From: Sphingobacteriaceae bacterium
Lineage (GTDB): Bacteria > Bacteroidota > Bacteroidia > B-17B0 > Aurantibacillaceae
DNA length: 64,000 nt
Assembly (NCBI GenBank): GCA_947453445.1
Contig: CANGGP010000006.1
Span: forward strand, 15,999 to 79,998
Direction: 5' to 3'
Shown: one piece after another, positions 46,376-55,311 of the stretch
Numbering within the stretch: position 1 is the first letter of the stretch
How the letters are laid out: the number at the start of each line of letters is the position of its first letter
Program-made: the position numbers and the translations under genes
The notes under the pieces: model-generated
The model's input: the letters and a program-made list of their open reading frames with translations, nothing else
What the model was told of the DNA's origin: nothing
Databases searched by the model: none

Positions 46376-46762
46376 TTAACGTTTGCTGAATTGGAAACGG
46401 GCACGTGCCTTCTTTTGACCAAACTTCTTACGCTCAACCATGCGTGGATCACGGGTAATTAAACCTGCAGCACGTAAATCTTTCTTTAACTCAGGATTCA
46501 TTTCAACCAAAGCTTTAGCAACCGCTAAACGAATGGCTTGGGCTTGACCTGTAATACCACCACCGTTTACATTTACTTTTACATCGTAATTGTTACGCAC
46601 ATTAGAAACTACCAATGATTGGGTAACATAAAAATGTAAAGTTGGGGTTGTAAAATATTCTTTGTAATCTCTGCCATTCACAACAATATTACCTGTACCT
46701 ACTGTAACGTAAGCACGAGCTACTGAAGTTTTTCTGCGACCTGATGTATTAATTACTTCCAT
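46376..46762 (-). CDS. rpsI: 30S ribosomal protein S9
   Basis: GRRKTSVARAYV...GGGITGQAQAIRLAVAKAL...RDPRMVERKKFGQKKARARFQFSKR. Confidence 0.92.
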   Translation of the reverse strand: MEVINTSGRRKTSVARAYVTVGTGNIVVNGRDYKEYFTTPTLHFYVTQSLVVSNVRNNYDVKVNVNGGGITGQAQAIRLAVAKALVEMNPELKKDLRAAGLITRDPRMVERKKFGQKKARARFQFSKR

Positions 46763-46771
46763 TTAATTTAT

Positions 46772-47227
46772 TTATTTGATTTTGCTTAGATCTACTTTTT
46801 TAGGTTGTTGTGCATCATGCCCGTGGTTAGTACCGGCAAAAATGCGCACGTTTGTATTAAGGGTACGTCCCAAACGTCCTTTTGGCAACATACCATGAAT
46901 GGCATGTGTTAAAATTTCGGTTGGTTTTGAAGCCATTAATTCTTTTGGTGTGGCAAAACGTTGACCACCCGGATGACCGGTATAACGAACGTATTCTTTA
47001 TCGGTTAATTTCTTACCGGTAAAACGAACTTTATCAGCATTGATGATAATGACATTGCTGCCTGAATCAGAATGCGGTGTATAGCTGGTTTTATGCTTAC
47101 CACGTAATAACATTGCTACTTTAGAAGCTAAACGTCCAACCACTTCATTTTCAGCGTCAACAAGCAACCACTCTTTGTTTGCGGTGGCTTTGTTGGTAAA
47201 TTTTGTTTTATAACTTAATGCGTCCAC
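46772..47227 (-). CDS. rplM: 50S ribosomal protein L13 (GTG start)
   Basis: KEWLLVDAENEVVGRLASKVAMLLRGKHK...YVRYTGHPGG...MLPKGRLGR. Confidence 0.92.
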   Translation of the reverse strand: MDALSYKTKFTNKATANKEWLLVDAENEVVGRLASKVAMLLRGKHKTSYTPHSDSGSNVIIINADKVRFTGKKLTDKEYVRYTGHPGGQRFATPKELMASKPTEILTHAIHGMLPKGRLGRTLNTNVRIFAGTNHGHDAQQPKKVDLSKIK

Positions 47228-47265
47228 TTTATTAAATTTTATTGTTTTCCCTAAAATAGGGGGTG

Positions 47266-47296
47266 CAAATGTAGGAAGTTTTTTTTACTGAACAAA
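47266..47296 (-). promoter_or_regulatory. Bacteroidota sigma-A type promoter for the rplM operon (TTTG-N19-TACATTTG)
   Basis: The minus strand reads TTTG ttcagtaaaaaaaacttcc TACATTTG, with the -7 box ending 38 nt upstream of the rplM start. Confidence 0.7.
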
Positions 47297-47331
47297 ACTT
47301 TTTTACAAAAAGAGAGGTGTTTTTCAACAAT

Positions 47332-48102
47332 TTAAAGCACCGAAAATACAAAATCGGCATTTTTGGTAGTTATTTCTGCCACTTGGGCCATGCTGCAGTT
47401 TTTAAGTTCAGCTAATTTTTTTGCAATTTCCAACAAATAAACGGGTTCATTGCGCTTTCCTCTAAATGGCACCGGTGCCAGATAAGGCGCATCGGTTTCA
47501 AGTACCAAATGTTCTAAGTCTATTTGCTCTACAACCTTATCCAAGCCGGCATTTTTAAAGGTGAGCACCCCTCCTATCCCCAACTTAAAGTTTTTTAAGG
47601 CCAGTATTTGATTGGCTTGTTCTAAATTGCCCGAAAAACAATGAAATATACCCTTTGGTAATTTTGAATAAGACTTTAACACTTCATAAATCTCATCAAA
47701 TGCATCGCGACAATGGATTACAATAGAATAGTTGTATTGTAATGCCCAATTGATTTGAATTTGAAATGCCTCTATTTGCGCTTTGATAAAGGTTTTATCC
47801 CAATATAAATCAATGCCAATTTCGCCTATAGCCGCAAATTTTCGTTTGGCCAACCAGGTTTCCATAACAGCCAATTCTTCCAAATAATTTTCTTTTACGT
47901 CGCAAGGATGCAAACCCATCATGGCAACACAATGATCGGGAAATGCGGCTTCCAAAGCCATCATCGCGGCTATTGAACCACTGCTGATATTCGGTAAATA
48001 AAATTTAGAAACACCGTTCGCGAGGGCTTTTTGTATCAGTGCATTGCGATCGTGATCAAATTCAGTTGCATATAAATGCGTGTGTGTATCAACAAACATC
48101 AC
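47332..48102 (-). CDS. TatD family hydrolase
   Basis: FVDTHTHLY, VIHCRDAFDE, GIFHCFSG and LVLETDAPYLAPVPFRGKRNEP. Confidence 0.88.
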   Translation of the reverse strand: MMFVDTHTHLYATEFDHDRNALIQKALANGVSKFYLPNISSGSIAAMMALEAAFPDHCVAMMGLHPCDVKENYLEELAVMETWLAKRKFAAIGEIGIDLYWDKTFIKAQIEAFQIQINWALQYNYSIVIHCRDAFDEIYEVLKSYSKLPKGIFHCFSGNLEQANQILALKNFKLGIGGVLTFKNAGLDKVVEQIDLEHLVLETDAPYLAPVPFRGKRNEPVYLLEIAKKLAELKNCSMAQVAEITTKNADFVFSVL

Positions 48103-48683
48103 TAATGCAGCGCTTCTACGGTTACTTTCGCAACGTTTAACAGCTCATTTTTTGAGGCACCACTTTGGCTTAACACCTTGAGTCCGCATAATGCATTGAA
48201 CAAAAAGGTACTGTATGATTTTACCGGTTTCGATAAATGCAAAACTTTCTTGTTTTGTGCATCCATTAACCATTCAGAAAATATTTCTTGCAAGTTTTCT
48301 TTGTTGTTGCAAATAATCTCTGATGTTTGAATACACAATTTACTCATTTCAGCGGCGGCATTCACCATTAAACAACCGTTTTCTTTGGGATGATTAATGA
48401 GGTGATTAACCGCTTCTTTAAACAGAAACTCAATCTTCTCTAAACCATTCATCTCTTTCTTGTCAACACTTTCAAAAGCGGCTTCTTGATTTGATTTATA
48501 AAACTCAAGCGATTGCAAATACAAACTGTGCTTGTCGCTGAAAGAATCATATAAACTACTGCGACTAAGGCCGGTGGCTTTCAAAATCTCGTCGATAGAG
48601 GTGCCGTTATAACCTTTTGTTTGAAAAATGTGCGCTGCTGCACTAAGAACTTCGTTACGATTAAATTGTTTTACTTTAGGCAT
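48102..48683 (-). CDS. TetR/AcrR family transcriptional regulator (track ORF extends to 48725)
   Basis: FNRNEVLSAAAHIFQTKGYNGTSIDEILKATGLSRSSLYDSFSDKHSLY. It is divergent from the MMPL transporter gene. Confidence 0.8.
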   Translation of the reverse strand: MPKVKQFNRNEVLSAAAHIFQTKGYNGTSIDEILKATGLSRSSLYDSFSDKHSLYLQSLEFYKSNQEAAFESVDKKEMNGLEKIEFLFKEAVNHLINHPKENGCLMVNAAAEMSKLCIQTSEIICNNKENLQEIFSEWLMDAQNKKVLHLSKPVKSYSTFLFNALCGLKVLSQSGASKNELLNVAKVTVEALH

Positions 48684-48833
48684 AATGTTGAATAAAATGC
48701 TAATATAGTGTAACGGAACATACATTCCAAGAAAATCATATTTTTTTTCTAGGGCTTTGGTGCAAATTCACATAAGGTATCTTTTCTTTTTTACTATCTT
48801 AGCGCCTCAATTTTTGTAATTAATACAGCCATT

Positions 48834-51188
48834 ATGTGGAAATACTTTTCGGGCATTTTGTTGAGAAATAAACTGGCTTTTTTTATCGGCATTTTACTGA
48901 GTACGGCATTTATGGCTTACCATGCAATAAAGGTTGAGTTATCGTACGAATTTGCTAAAATTTTACCTGCAAACGACAGTACTTTTATTGATTACCAAGA
49001 CTTCAGGAAAAAATTTGGTGAAGACGGGAATGTGATGGTGATGGGATTTGCCGACACCAATTTGTTTCAGTTGGAAAAATTTAAAGATTGGGTTGAGGTT
49101 AACAAACAAATCAAAAACATTGCCGGCGTTAAAGAAATTTTATCCATTCCTACCATTTTCAAATTGAGTAAGAATGACAGTTTACATAAATTTCAATTTG
49201 TTCCATTAATTCAAAACCCCATTCAAAGTCAAGTTGAAGTTGACAGCCTGAAAAAAGAAGTTTTTACGGCGAAATTTTATGAGGGGATCATATACAACCG
49301 TGAAACTGGCGCCAATTTGATTGCCATTACTTTTAAGAAAAAAGATTTGGATTCGGAGCGAAGGCTTAAAATGGTAAGTGAAATTAAAACCATTGGAGAT
49401 GCCTTTGCAAAGAAGCATGCTTTAGATATTCACTACTCAGGTATGCCTTATATTCGTTCAGCTTTGATGACCAAGGTGAAGCACGAAATGACGCTGTTCT
49501 GTATTTTAGCAGTGATTGTTACGGCCATTATCCTTTGGTTGTTTTTCCGTTCAACTGTAATTGTTCTCTTTTCGTTGGTTGTTGTTTTGATTGGTGTTGT
49601 GTGGTCGTTTGGCGTGATGCAGTTATTTGATTACCACATTACCATGTTGTCGAGTTTGGTAGCCCCATTAATCATGGTGATTGGATTACCAAATTGTATT
49701 TTCCTCATCAATAAATTTCAGTCGGAGTTTGCCGCACATGGCAATAAAATTAAGGCTTTGGCCAGAACCATTGAAACCATTGGTGTAACCTTGTTTTTAG
49801 CCAACATTACCACTGCCATTGGTTTTGGCGTGTTGTATTTTACGCAAAGTAATTTATTGGTTGAATTTGGTGTTGTGGCTGCCATAAGTGTTATGTTAAC
49901 TTATTTAATCACCTTAATACTAGTACCGATTATTTTAAATCAGCTGCCATCACCAAAACCAAAACACATTAAACACCAAGATGGTAAACGCATTAATATT
50001 ATTTTAGATACCATTGATTACTTGGTTCAAAACCACAGAAAGGCTATTTATAGCATTTCTGCCGCACTCACACTCATTTCATTTTGGGGCATGACCTTTA
50101 TTGATATGAATGGTTACGTGGTGGATGATTTGCCTGAGAAAGATCCGGTGTATACAGATTTAAAATTCTTTGAAAGTAATTTTAAAGGTGTATTGCCATT
50201 TGAAATTTCGGTGGATACAAAAAAATCAAAAGGTTTATTTGAAAACAATGCCAAAGCATTGTATAAAATTAAGCGTTTAGAAAAAATCTTTTCTGAGTAT
50301 CCTGAATTTTCAAAACCTATTTCCATTGTTGAAGGCATTAAATATTCATACCAAGCTTACAAGGGTGGTGAAGCAAAATTTTATAAAATGCCTTCTGTAG
50401 ATGATTTAAAAGAATTGTCAGATTTTTCGGGTTCTTTAACCGGCCAAAACAACCGATTAAAAAACTTTATCGACACCAATAAACAAAGCACCCGCATCAG
50501 TTATCAAATGGCGGATGTAGGTTCTAAAAAGATGAAATCATTAATGGCAGAAATTCATCCTAAAGTTGACTCCATATTTGATCCAAGCGAATACCATGTT
50601 GTGTTTACCGGACACAGTTTAAATTATTTAAAGAGCAATGATTATTTATTATCCAATTTACTTGAAAGTTTAGTGATAGAAGTCGTGTTAATTGCATTGG
50701 TGGGCATTGCGCTATTTCGTTCAGTAAGAATTATTGTGCTATCGAAACTACCTTGTTTAATACCTTTGGTGATAACAGCAGGTGTGATGGGCTTTTTGGA
50801 CATCCGTTTTAAACCATCCACCATTTTGATTTTTAGTATTGCCTTTGGTATCTCGTCCGACGGCACAATCTATTTTCTTACCAAATACCGCCAGGAATTA
50901 AAAAAGCACGGTAAAAGCGCAGCAGCGGCCATTTCAGCGGCCATTCACGATACCGGCTTAAGCATGATTTACACATCCATTATTTTATTCAGTGGCTTCG
51001 CCATTTTCACTGCATCTAGTTTTGGCGGCACGGTGGCTTTGGGTGTTTTGGTATCCTTAACCTTGTTATTGTCGATGTTTACCAATCTTATTTTATTACC
51101 CGCCATTTTATTGTCGATACACCGTAAATCGCTCAAAAAGGAAATTATTGAAACGCCATTAATCGACATTGATGATTCGGTTGAGTGA
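48834..51188 (+). CDS. MMPL/RND superfamily transporter
   Basis: 784 aa with two 6-TM bundles (about aa 215-370 and 610-760), each preceded by a large soluble loop. This is RND/MMPL topology. Confidence 0.8.
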   Translation: MWKYFSGILLRNKLAFFIGILLSTAFMAYHAIKVELSYEFAKILPANDSTFIDYQDFRKKFGEDGNVMVMGFADTNLFQLEKFKDWVEVNKQIKNIAGVKEILSIPTIFKLSKNDSLHKFQFVPLIQNPIQSQVEVDSLKKEVFTAKFYEGIIYNRETGANLIAITFKKKDLDSERRLKMVSEIKTIGDAFAKKHALDIHYSGMPYIRSALMTKVKHEMTLFCILAVIVTAIILWLFFRSTVIVLFSLVVVLIGVVWSFGVMQLFDYHITMLSSLVAPLIMVIGLPNCIFLINKFQSEFAAHGNKIKALARTIETIGVTLFLANITTAIGFGVLYFTQSNLLVEFGVVAAISVMLTYLITLILVPIILNQLPSPKPKHIKHQDGKRINIILDTIDYLVQNHRKAIYSISAALTLISFWGMTFIDMNGYVVDDLPEKDPVYTDLKFFESNFKGVLPFEISVDTKKSKGLFENNAKALYKIKRLEKIFSEYPEFSKPISIVEGIKYSYQAYKGGEAKFYKMPSVDDLKELSDFSGSLTGQNNRLKNFIDTNKQSTRISYQMADVGSKKMKSLMAEIHPKVDSIFDPSEYHVVFTGHSLNYLKSNDYLLSNLLESLVIEVVLIALVGIALFRSVRIIVLSKLPCLIPLVITAGVMGFLDIRFKPSTILIFSIAFGISSDGTIYFLTKYRQELKKHGKSAAAAISAAIHDTGLSMIYTSIILFSGFAIFTASSFGGTVALGVLVSLTLLLSMFTNLILLPAILLSIHRKSLKKEIIETPLIDIDDSVE

Positions 51189-51354
51189 TGAGATATTCAT
51201 GCTGCGTAATAAATTTATTTTATTATCAAAAAACTGTTTTAGCTGTTGTCAAATCTTGATCAATACTAAGCACTGAAAAAAAATAATTCATTAAATTTTT
51301 AATCAGAAATTTGTTTTTTTGTAACTTCACTTGATTAATCAAATAATTAAAACT

Positions 51355-54105
51355 ATGAAACAAAAATATCTAACTAAAATAATCCTCAATCAATTTGGGT
51401 TATTGGGTTTTGTGCTGTTTGCCACTGTAATTATACCCAACTCATCAATGGGCCAATTATCGTATACTTTTACGCCTTGTGGTGCAACTGGCGCTAATGG
51501 TCCTACTCAAACACAAGCAAATAGCACTTATTCAACTGGCAACAGCTTAAATGGTTCGGTTACTATCACAGGAAACGGCATACAGCAGTTTACAGTGCCT
51601 ACAACCGGCATTTGGAAAATTGATGCCCGTGGAGCATCCGGTTATCCTTTCGGATCAGGTGGTAGAGGCGCAAGAATTTACGGTGAAGTTAGTTTAAATG
51701 CAGGTGACGTTTTAAAAATTGTTGTTGGACAATTGGGTAATTTCTGTAACAGTAGTGGTAATTTACAATATGGCGGAGGCGGTGGTTCATTTGTGGCACG
51801 ACTTAATAATACGCCGCTTGTTATTGCAGGTGGTGGTGGTGGCTCGCATGCAGGATCGTACGCAGCAAGTTCTGCGGATGGAACAGTTGTGACCACTGGT
51901 AATACCGGTGCAGGTTCAACCGCCGGTGCAGGCGGTAGTGGTGGGTCTGGCGGCGCAGCTTCATCTTCAGCCAACGGTGGCGCTGGATTTTATGGTGATG
52001 GTGGCGGTACAACAGGACCTGCTTTATCGTTTACAAACGGCGCCCAAGGTGGTAATGTTGGTTGCGGAGCATACACTTATGGCGGCGTTGGCGGTTTTGG
52101 CGGCGGCGGCGGCACGCAAAGTTATAATAACAACCGCGGCGGCGGCGGCGGCGGCTATAGTGGCGGCGGCGGCGGTCAACTTGGCCAGCCTACTTGTTGG
52201 GGCGGCGGCGGCGGCTCATTTAATTCAGGCGCAAACCAAATCAATCAATCTGGCGCTAACACCTTCAGTGATGGTATCGTTATTATTACCGAAGCTTGTA
52301 ATATGAATTTAAGTGCTTCAACGAATACCAACGTGAACAATACAAGCACTACCATTTGTTCGGGTCAAACCTTAACATTAACCACTAATGGCGTTAGCAG
52401 TTATTCGTGGAGCACAGGCGCTACAACCTCCTCTATTGTTGTTACGCCAACTGCCAGCATATTATATACCTTGTCAGCCACCTCTCCTTTTAGTTGCACA
52501 GCATCCAGAAGTTTAAGTGTGACAGTGAACAGTGGTTTACCGGTTCTTTCAGTGGCAACAACACCAACCAATAATATTTGTCTTGGTAAAACAGTAACGC
52601 TTACAGCCAGCGGTGCCAACTCCTATTCATGGACAGGCGGCGTAAGCAACGGAACAAGTTTTGCACCAAGCACCACATCTAATTACATTGTAACAGGTCA
52701 AAATGCATGTGGTACTGCTACTGCTCAAGCGGGTGTAACTGTTGCACCATTGGTAGTAACAGCTATTACAAGCAACTCTAGTGTTTGCGCAGGCCAATCA
52801 ACTTCTTTAATTGCTACTTCAGCGGTTAATGGATATACATGGACGCCCTTTAATTTTATTGGATCTACTGTTTTGGTTAATCCGGTTGTAAATACCATTT
52901 ATACTGTCACTGCCTCTGATGGAACCTGCGCTGGAACAGCAACTGTTAGTGTGTCGGCATTACCAATCCCTACCATCACAAGTGTATCAAGTTCAACAAA
53001 CTTTTGTGAAGGCAGTTCTGCGACCTTAACAGCCGGAGGAGCGATTGCGTATACTTGGCAGCCAGGCAATGTAACCGGTAATACTATTGTTGTAACGCCT
53101 GTTGTACCTACACTCTACACCGTTACAGGTATTGGCAGTAACAGTTGCTTTGCCAGCGCAAATCAAATTGTGATCGTTAATCCATCTCCTACTTTAAATA
53201 TTAGTTCAAGTAATCCACTCATTTGTTTAGGAGGAAATGCCACCATAAATATTAACGGAGCTTCAACTTACACATGGAACAGCGGGGCCAATTCAAGCAG
53301 CTTGGTGGTAAGTCCAATTCAAAACACAACCTATACAGTGGTTGGTGAAGATGCAACAACCAATTGCAAAAGCACCAGCACCATTGCTGTATCGGTTTTC
53401 AGTCCATCCTTAAGCATTACCGGAAACACGGCCATTTGTATCGGCGCATCGGCTACTTTGCAAGCAAGTGGCGGCAACACTTATAATTGGAGCAATGGCG
53501 GACCAAGTGCAATTAATATTGTTAATCCAAGCAGTACAACCATTTATTCTGTGAGCGCACTTACTAATTCAGGAAGTATCAATTGTTCAAGCAGTGCTAG
53601 CATCCAAGTAGTAGTGAAACCAAATCCAAGTATTACTGTTGTGCCAAGCAGAAGTGTAATTTGTAAAGGTGAAACTGCAAATGTTTCAGCTACAGGCGCA
53701 CAAACCTACACTTGGAGCACAGGTGATATCACTGCTTCGGTGAATGTAACTTCAAGTTTAGTCACCACTATTAATTATACAGTAACAGGCACCAGCAGTT
53801 TAGGTTGTGTTGGCAGCAATTCAACCTCAGTAAAAATTAATTCATGCATTGGTTTGGAAACGTATACCGGATTAGACCAAAGTTTCATCCTTTTTCCAAA
53901 TCCCAATCAGGGTCATTTTGTGATTGAATGCGCTACAGATATACAAGTATCAGTTTACAATCAAATTGGAGAACTAATTGTGACAAAACAATTAAGTGGG
54001 GCTAAACAATACGATATGGATTTAAGCCAGTTGAATGCAGGCGTTTATTTTATTTCTGCCTTTGACGGAAACAATCGCATCTACAAAAAGATGATTGTAG
54101 AATAA
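51355..54105 (+). CDS. T9SS type-A cargo: ALK/LTK-like glycine-rich domain plus 7 Cys-pair Ig-like repeats plus C-terminal sorting domain (paralogue 3; track ORF starts at TTG 51331)
   Basis: FTPCGATGANGPTQTQANSTY...IQQFTVPTTGIWKIDARGASG...LKIVVGQLG...GGGGGSFVA...PLVIAGGGGGS...GGGGGGYSGGGGG...DGIVIITE, then seven Ig-like units. The C-terminus is LFPNPNQGHFVIE...GVYFISAFDGNNRIYKKMIVE. Confidence 0.85.
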   Translation: MKQKYLTKIILNQFGLLGFVLFATVIIPNSSMGQLSYTFTPCGATGANGPTQTQANSTYSTGNSLNGSVTITGNGIQQFTVPTTGIWKIDARGASGYPFGSGGRGARIYGEVSLNAGDVLKIVVGQLGNFCNSSGNLQYGGGGGSFVARLNNTPLVIAGGGGGSHAGSYAASSADGTVVTTGNTGAGSTAGAGGSGGSGGAASSSANGGAGFYGDGGGTTGPALSFTNGAQGGNVGCGAYTYGGVGGFGGGGGTQSYNNNRGGGGGGYSGGGGGQLGQPTCWGGGGGSFNSGANQINQSGANTFSDGIVIITEACNMNLSASTNTNVNNTSTTICSGQTLTLTTNGVSSYSWSTGATTSSIVVTPTASILYTLSATSPFSCTASRSLSVTVNSGLPVLSVATTPTNNICLGKTVTLTASGANSYSWTGGVSNGTSFAPSTTSNYIVTGQNACGTATAQAGVTVAPLVVTAITSNSSVCAGQSTSLIATSAVNGYTWTPFNFIGSTVLVNPVVNTIYTVTASDGTCAGTATVSVSALPIPTITSVSSSTNFCEGSSATLTAGGAIAYTWQPGNVTGNTIVVTPVVPTLYTVTGIGSNSCFASANQIVIVNPSPTLNISSSNPLICLGGNATININGASTYTWNSGANSSSLVVSPIQNTTYTVVGEDATTNCKSTSTIAVSVFSPSLSITGNTAICIGASATLQASGGNTYNWSNGGPSAINIVNPSSTTIYSVSALTNSGSINCSSSASIQVVVKPNPSITVVPSRSVICKGETANVSATGAQTYTWSTGDITASVNVTSSLVTTINYTVTGTSSLGCVGSNSTSVKINSCIGLETYTGLDQSFILFPNPNQGHFVIECATDIQVSVYNQIGELIVTKQLSGAKQYDMDLSQLNAGVYFISAFDGNNRIYKKMIVE

Positions 54106-54124
54106 TTTCAATTGATACCAATAA

Positions 54125-54155
54125 AAAAGCCTCCTAAATGGGAGGCTTTTTTTTT
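54125..54155. terminator. bidirectional rho-independent terminator
   Basis: aaaaAGCCTCCtaaatGGGAGGCTttttttttt lies between convergent genes. Confidence 0.85.
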
Positions 54156-55311
54156 AATTTAATTTCTGTATCGCTAAGAGAATGTTTTTTTCTTGATCAT
54201 TGAAATGCAATCCTCGTCGCTCGAAAACCTTTGTATTGGTTTCGAATAATTTTTCATTTTGATAACGCTCAAAGCCCTCGCTCCCACCCCAACTAAATGA
54301 AGGAATGTATGTTGGCGGAAAACCACCGCCAAAGATATTACAACCTACACCTACAACAGTTCCGGTATTAAACATTGTATTTATACCTGATTTGGAATAA
54401 TCGCCCATAATTAATCCGCAAAATTGCAAACCTGTATCAATGGCTTTTTTTAAGGGATAATTGTACAGTTTTACATTTGCGTAATTGTTTTTTAAATTGC
54501 TGTTATTGGTATCGGCACCTAAATTGCACCATTCACCGATCACAGAATTTCCCAAAAAGCCATCATGTGCCTTGTTGCTGTACCCAAAAATAACGCTGTT
54601 ATTTACCTCGCCCCCTACTTTGCTATGCGGACCTATGGTTGTTGCCCCATAAATTTTTGCCGACATTTTTAATGCACTGTGCTCACATAAAGCGAAAGGA
54701 CCTCTAACCACCGAGCCTTCCATGATTTCGCTATCTTCTCCCAAATAAATAGGTCCGCTTTGTGTGTTTAAAACACAAGCAGTTGCTTTGGCGCCTTTTT
54801 CAAGAAAAACCAAATTGCGGTCACCTATTACGGTCACAGAAGCATCAAGTTTTTCGGATTGGCGTTGATTGGTGATTAAATGAAAATCTGCTTTTAGGGC
54901 AATGTCATTTTTTGTAAAAATATCACTTGGCGTTGAAATGCTTAATACTTCGGCATCAAGTTCTTTTTTACTGAGGGATTCGTATGACTGAAGTATTTCA
55001 TTGTGTTTATAGGCAATCAACAATTGTCCACTGTACAAAGCTTCGTTGTTTTGCAAGCCTTGAATGGCAGCAAGTAATTTAGCATCAGGACAAACAGAGG
55101 CATTGATGAATAAGTTGTTTTGACTTAAATTCAATTTGTATTTTTCGCTCAGATATTCTTTACAATGATAAGAAATCGACAATCCAAGGGCTTTTTCCCA
55201 TTTTTGGGCAATCGTTAAAATACCAATTCTAATTTCAGAGATGGGTCTAGTGAAAGTTAAGGGCAAAAGATTATTCCAGGTTTGTTCGTTGTCAAACAAA
55301 ACTACATTCAT
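54154..55311 (-). CDS. GlmU-like putative sugar nucleotidyltransferase/acyltransferase (left-handed beta-helix)
   Basis: MNVVLFDNEQTWNNLLPLTFTRPISEIRIGILTI plus C-terminal hexapeptide-type repeats (IGPHSKVGGEVNNSVIFGYSNKAHDGFLGNSVIGEWCNLGADTNNSN). It overlaps the upstream gene by 4 nt. Confidence 0.7.
   Translation of the reverse strand: MNVVLFDNEQTWNNLLPLTFTRPISEIRIGILTIAQKWEKALGLSISYHCKEYLSEKYKLNLSQNNLFINASVCPDAKLLAAIQGLQNNEALYSGQLLIAYKHNEILQSYESLSKKELDAEVLSISTPSDIFTKNDIALKADFHLITNQRQSEKLDASVTVIGDRNLVFLEKGAKATACVLNTQSGPIYLGEDSEIMEGSVVRGPFALCEHSALKMSAKIYGATTIGPHSKVGGEVNNSVIFGYSNKAHDGFLGNSVIGEWCNLGADTNNSNLKNNYANVKLYNYPLKKAIDTGLQFCGLIMGDYSKSGINTMFNTGTVVGVGCNIFGGGFPPTYIPSFSWGGSEGFERYQNEKLFETNTKVFERRGLHFNDQEKNILLAIQKLN

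Noticed and set aside
45496-46452. 318-aa version of the rpsB ORF overlapping rpsI by 77 nt
   Set aside because: The N-terminal 36 residues (MIHAWLSVRSLVKRRHV...) are not S2-like and overlap the rpsI coding end. The canonical S2 N-terminus begins at the internal Met (46344).
51678-52306. Pro-rich minus-strand ORFs and a 132-aa Ala-rich plus-strand ORF over the third glycine-rich head
   Set aside because: This is the same artefact: (GGC)n read as Pro on the other strand or as Ala/Arg in another frame. No independent coding signal is present.
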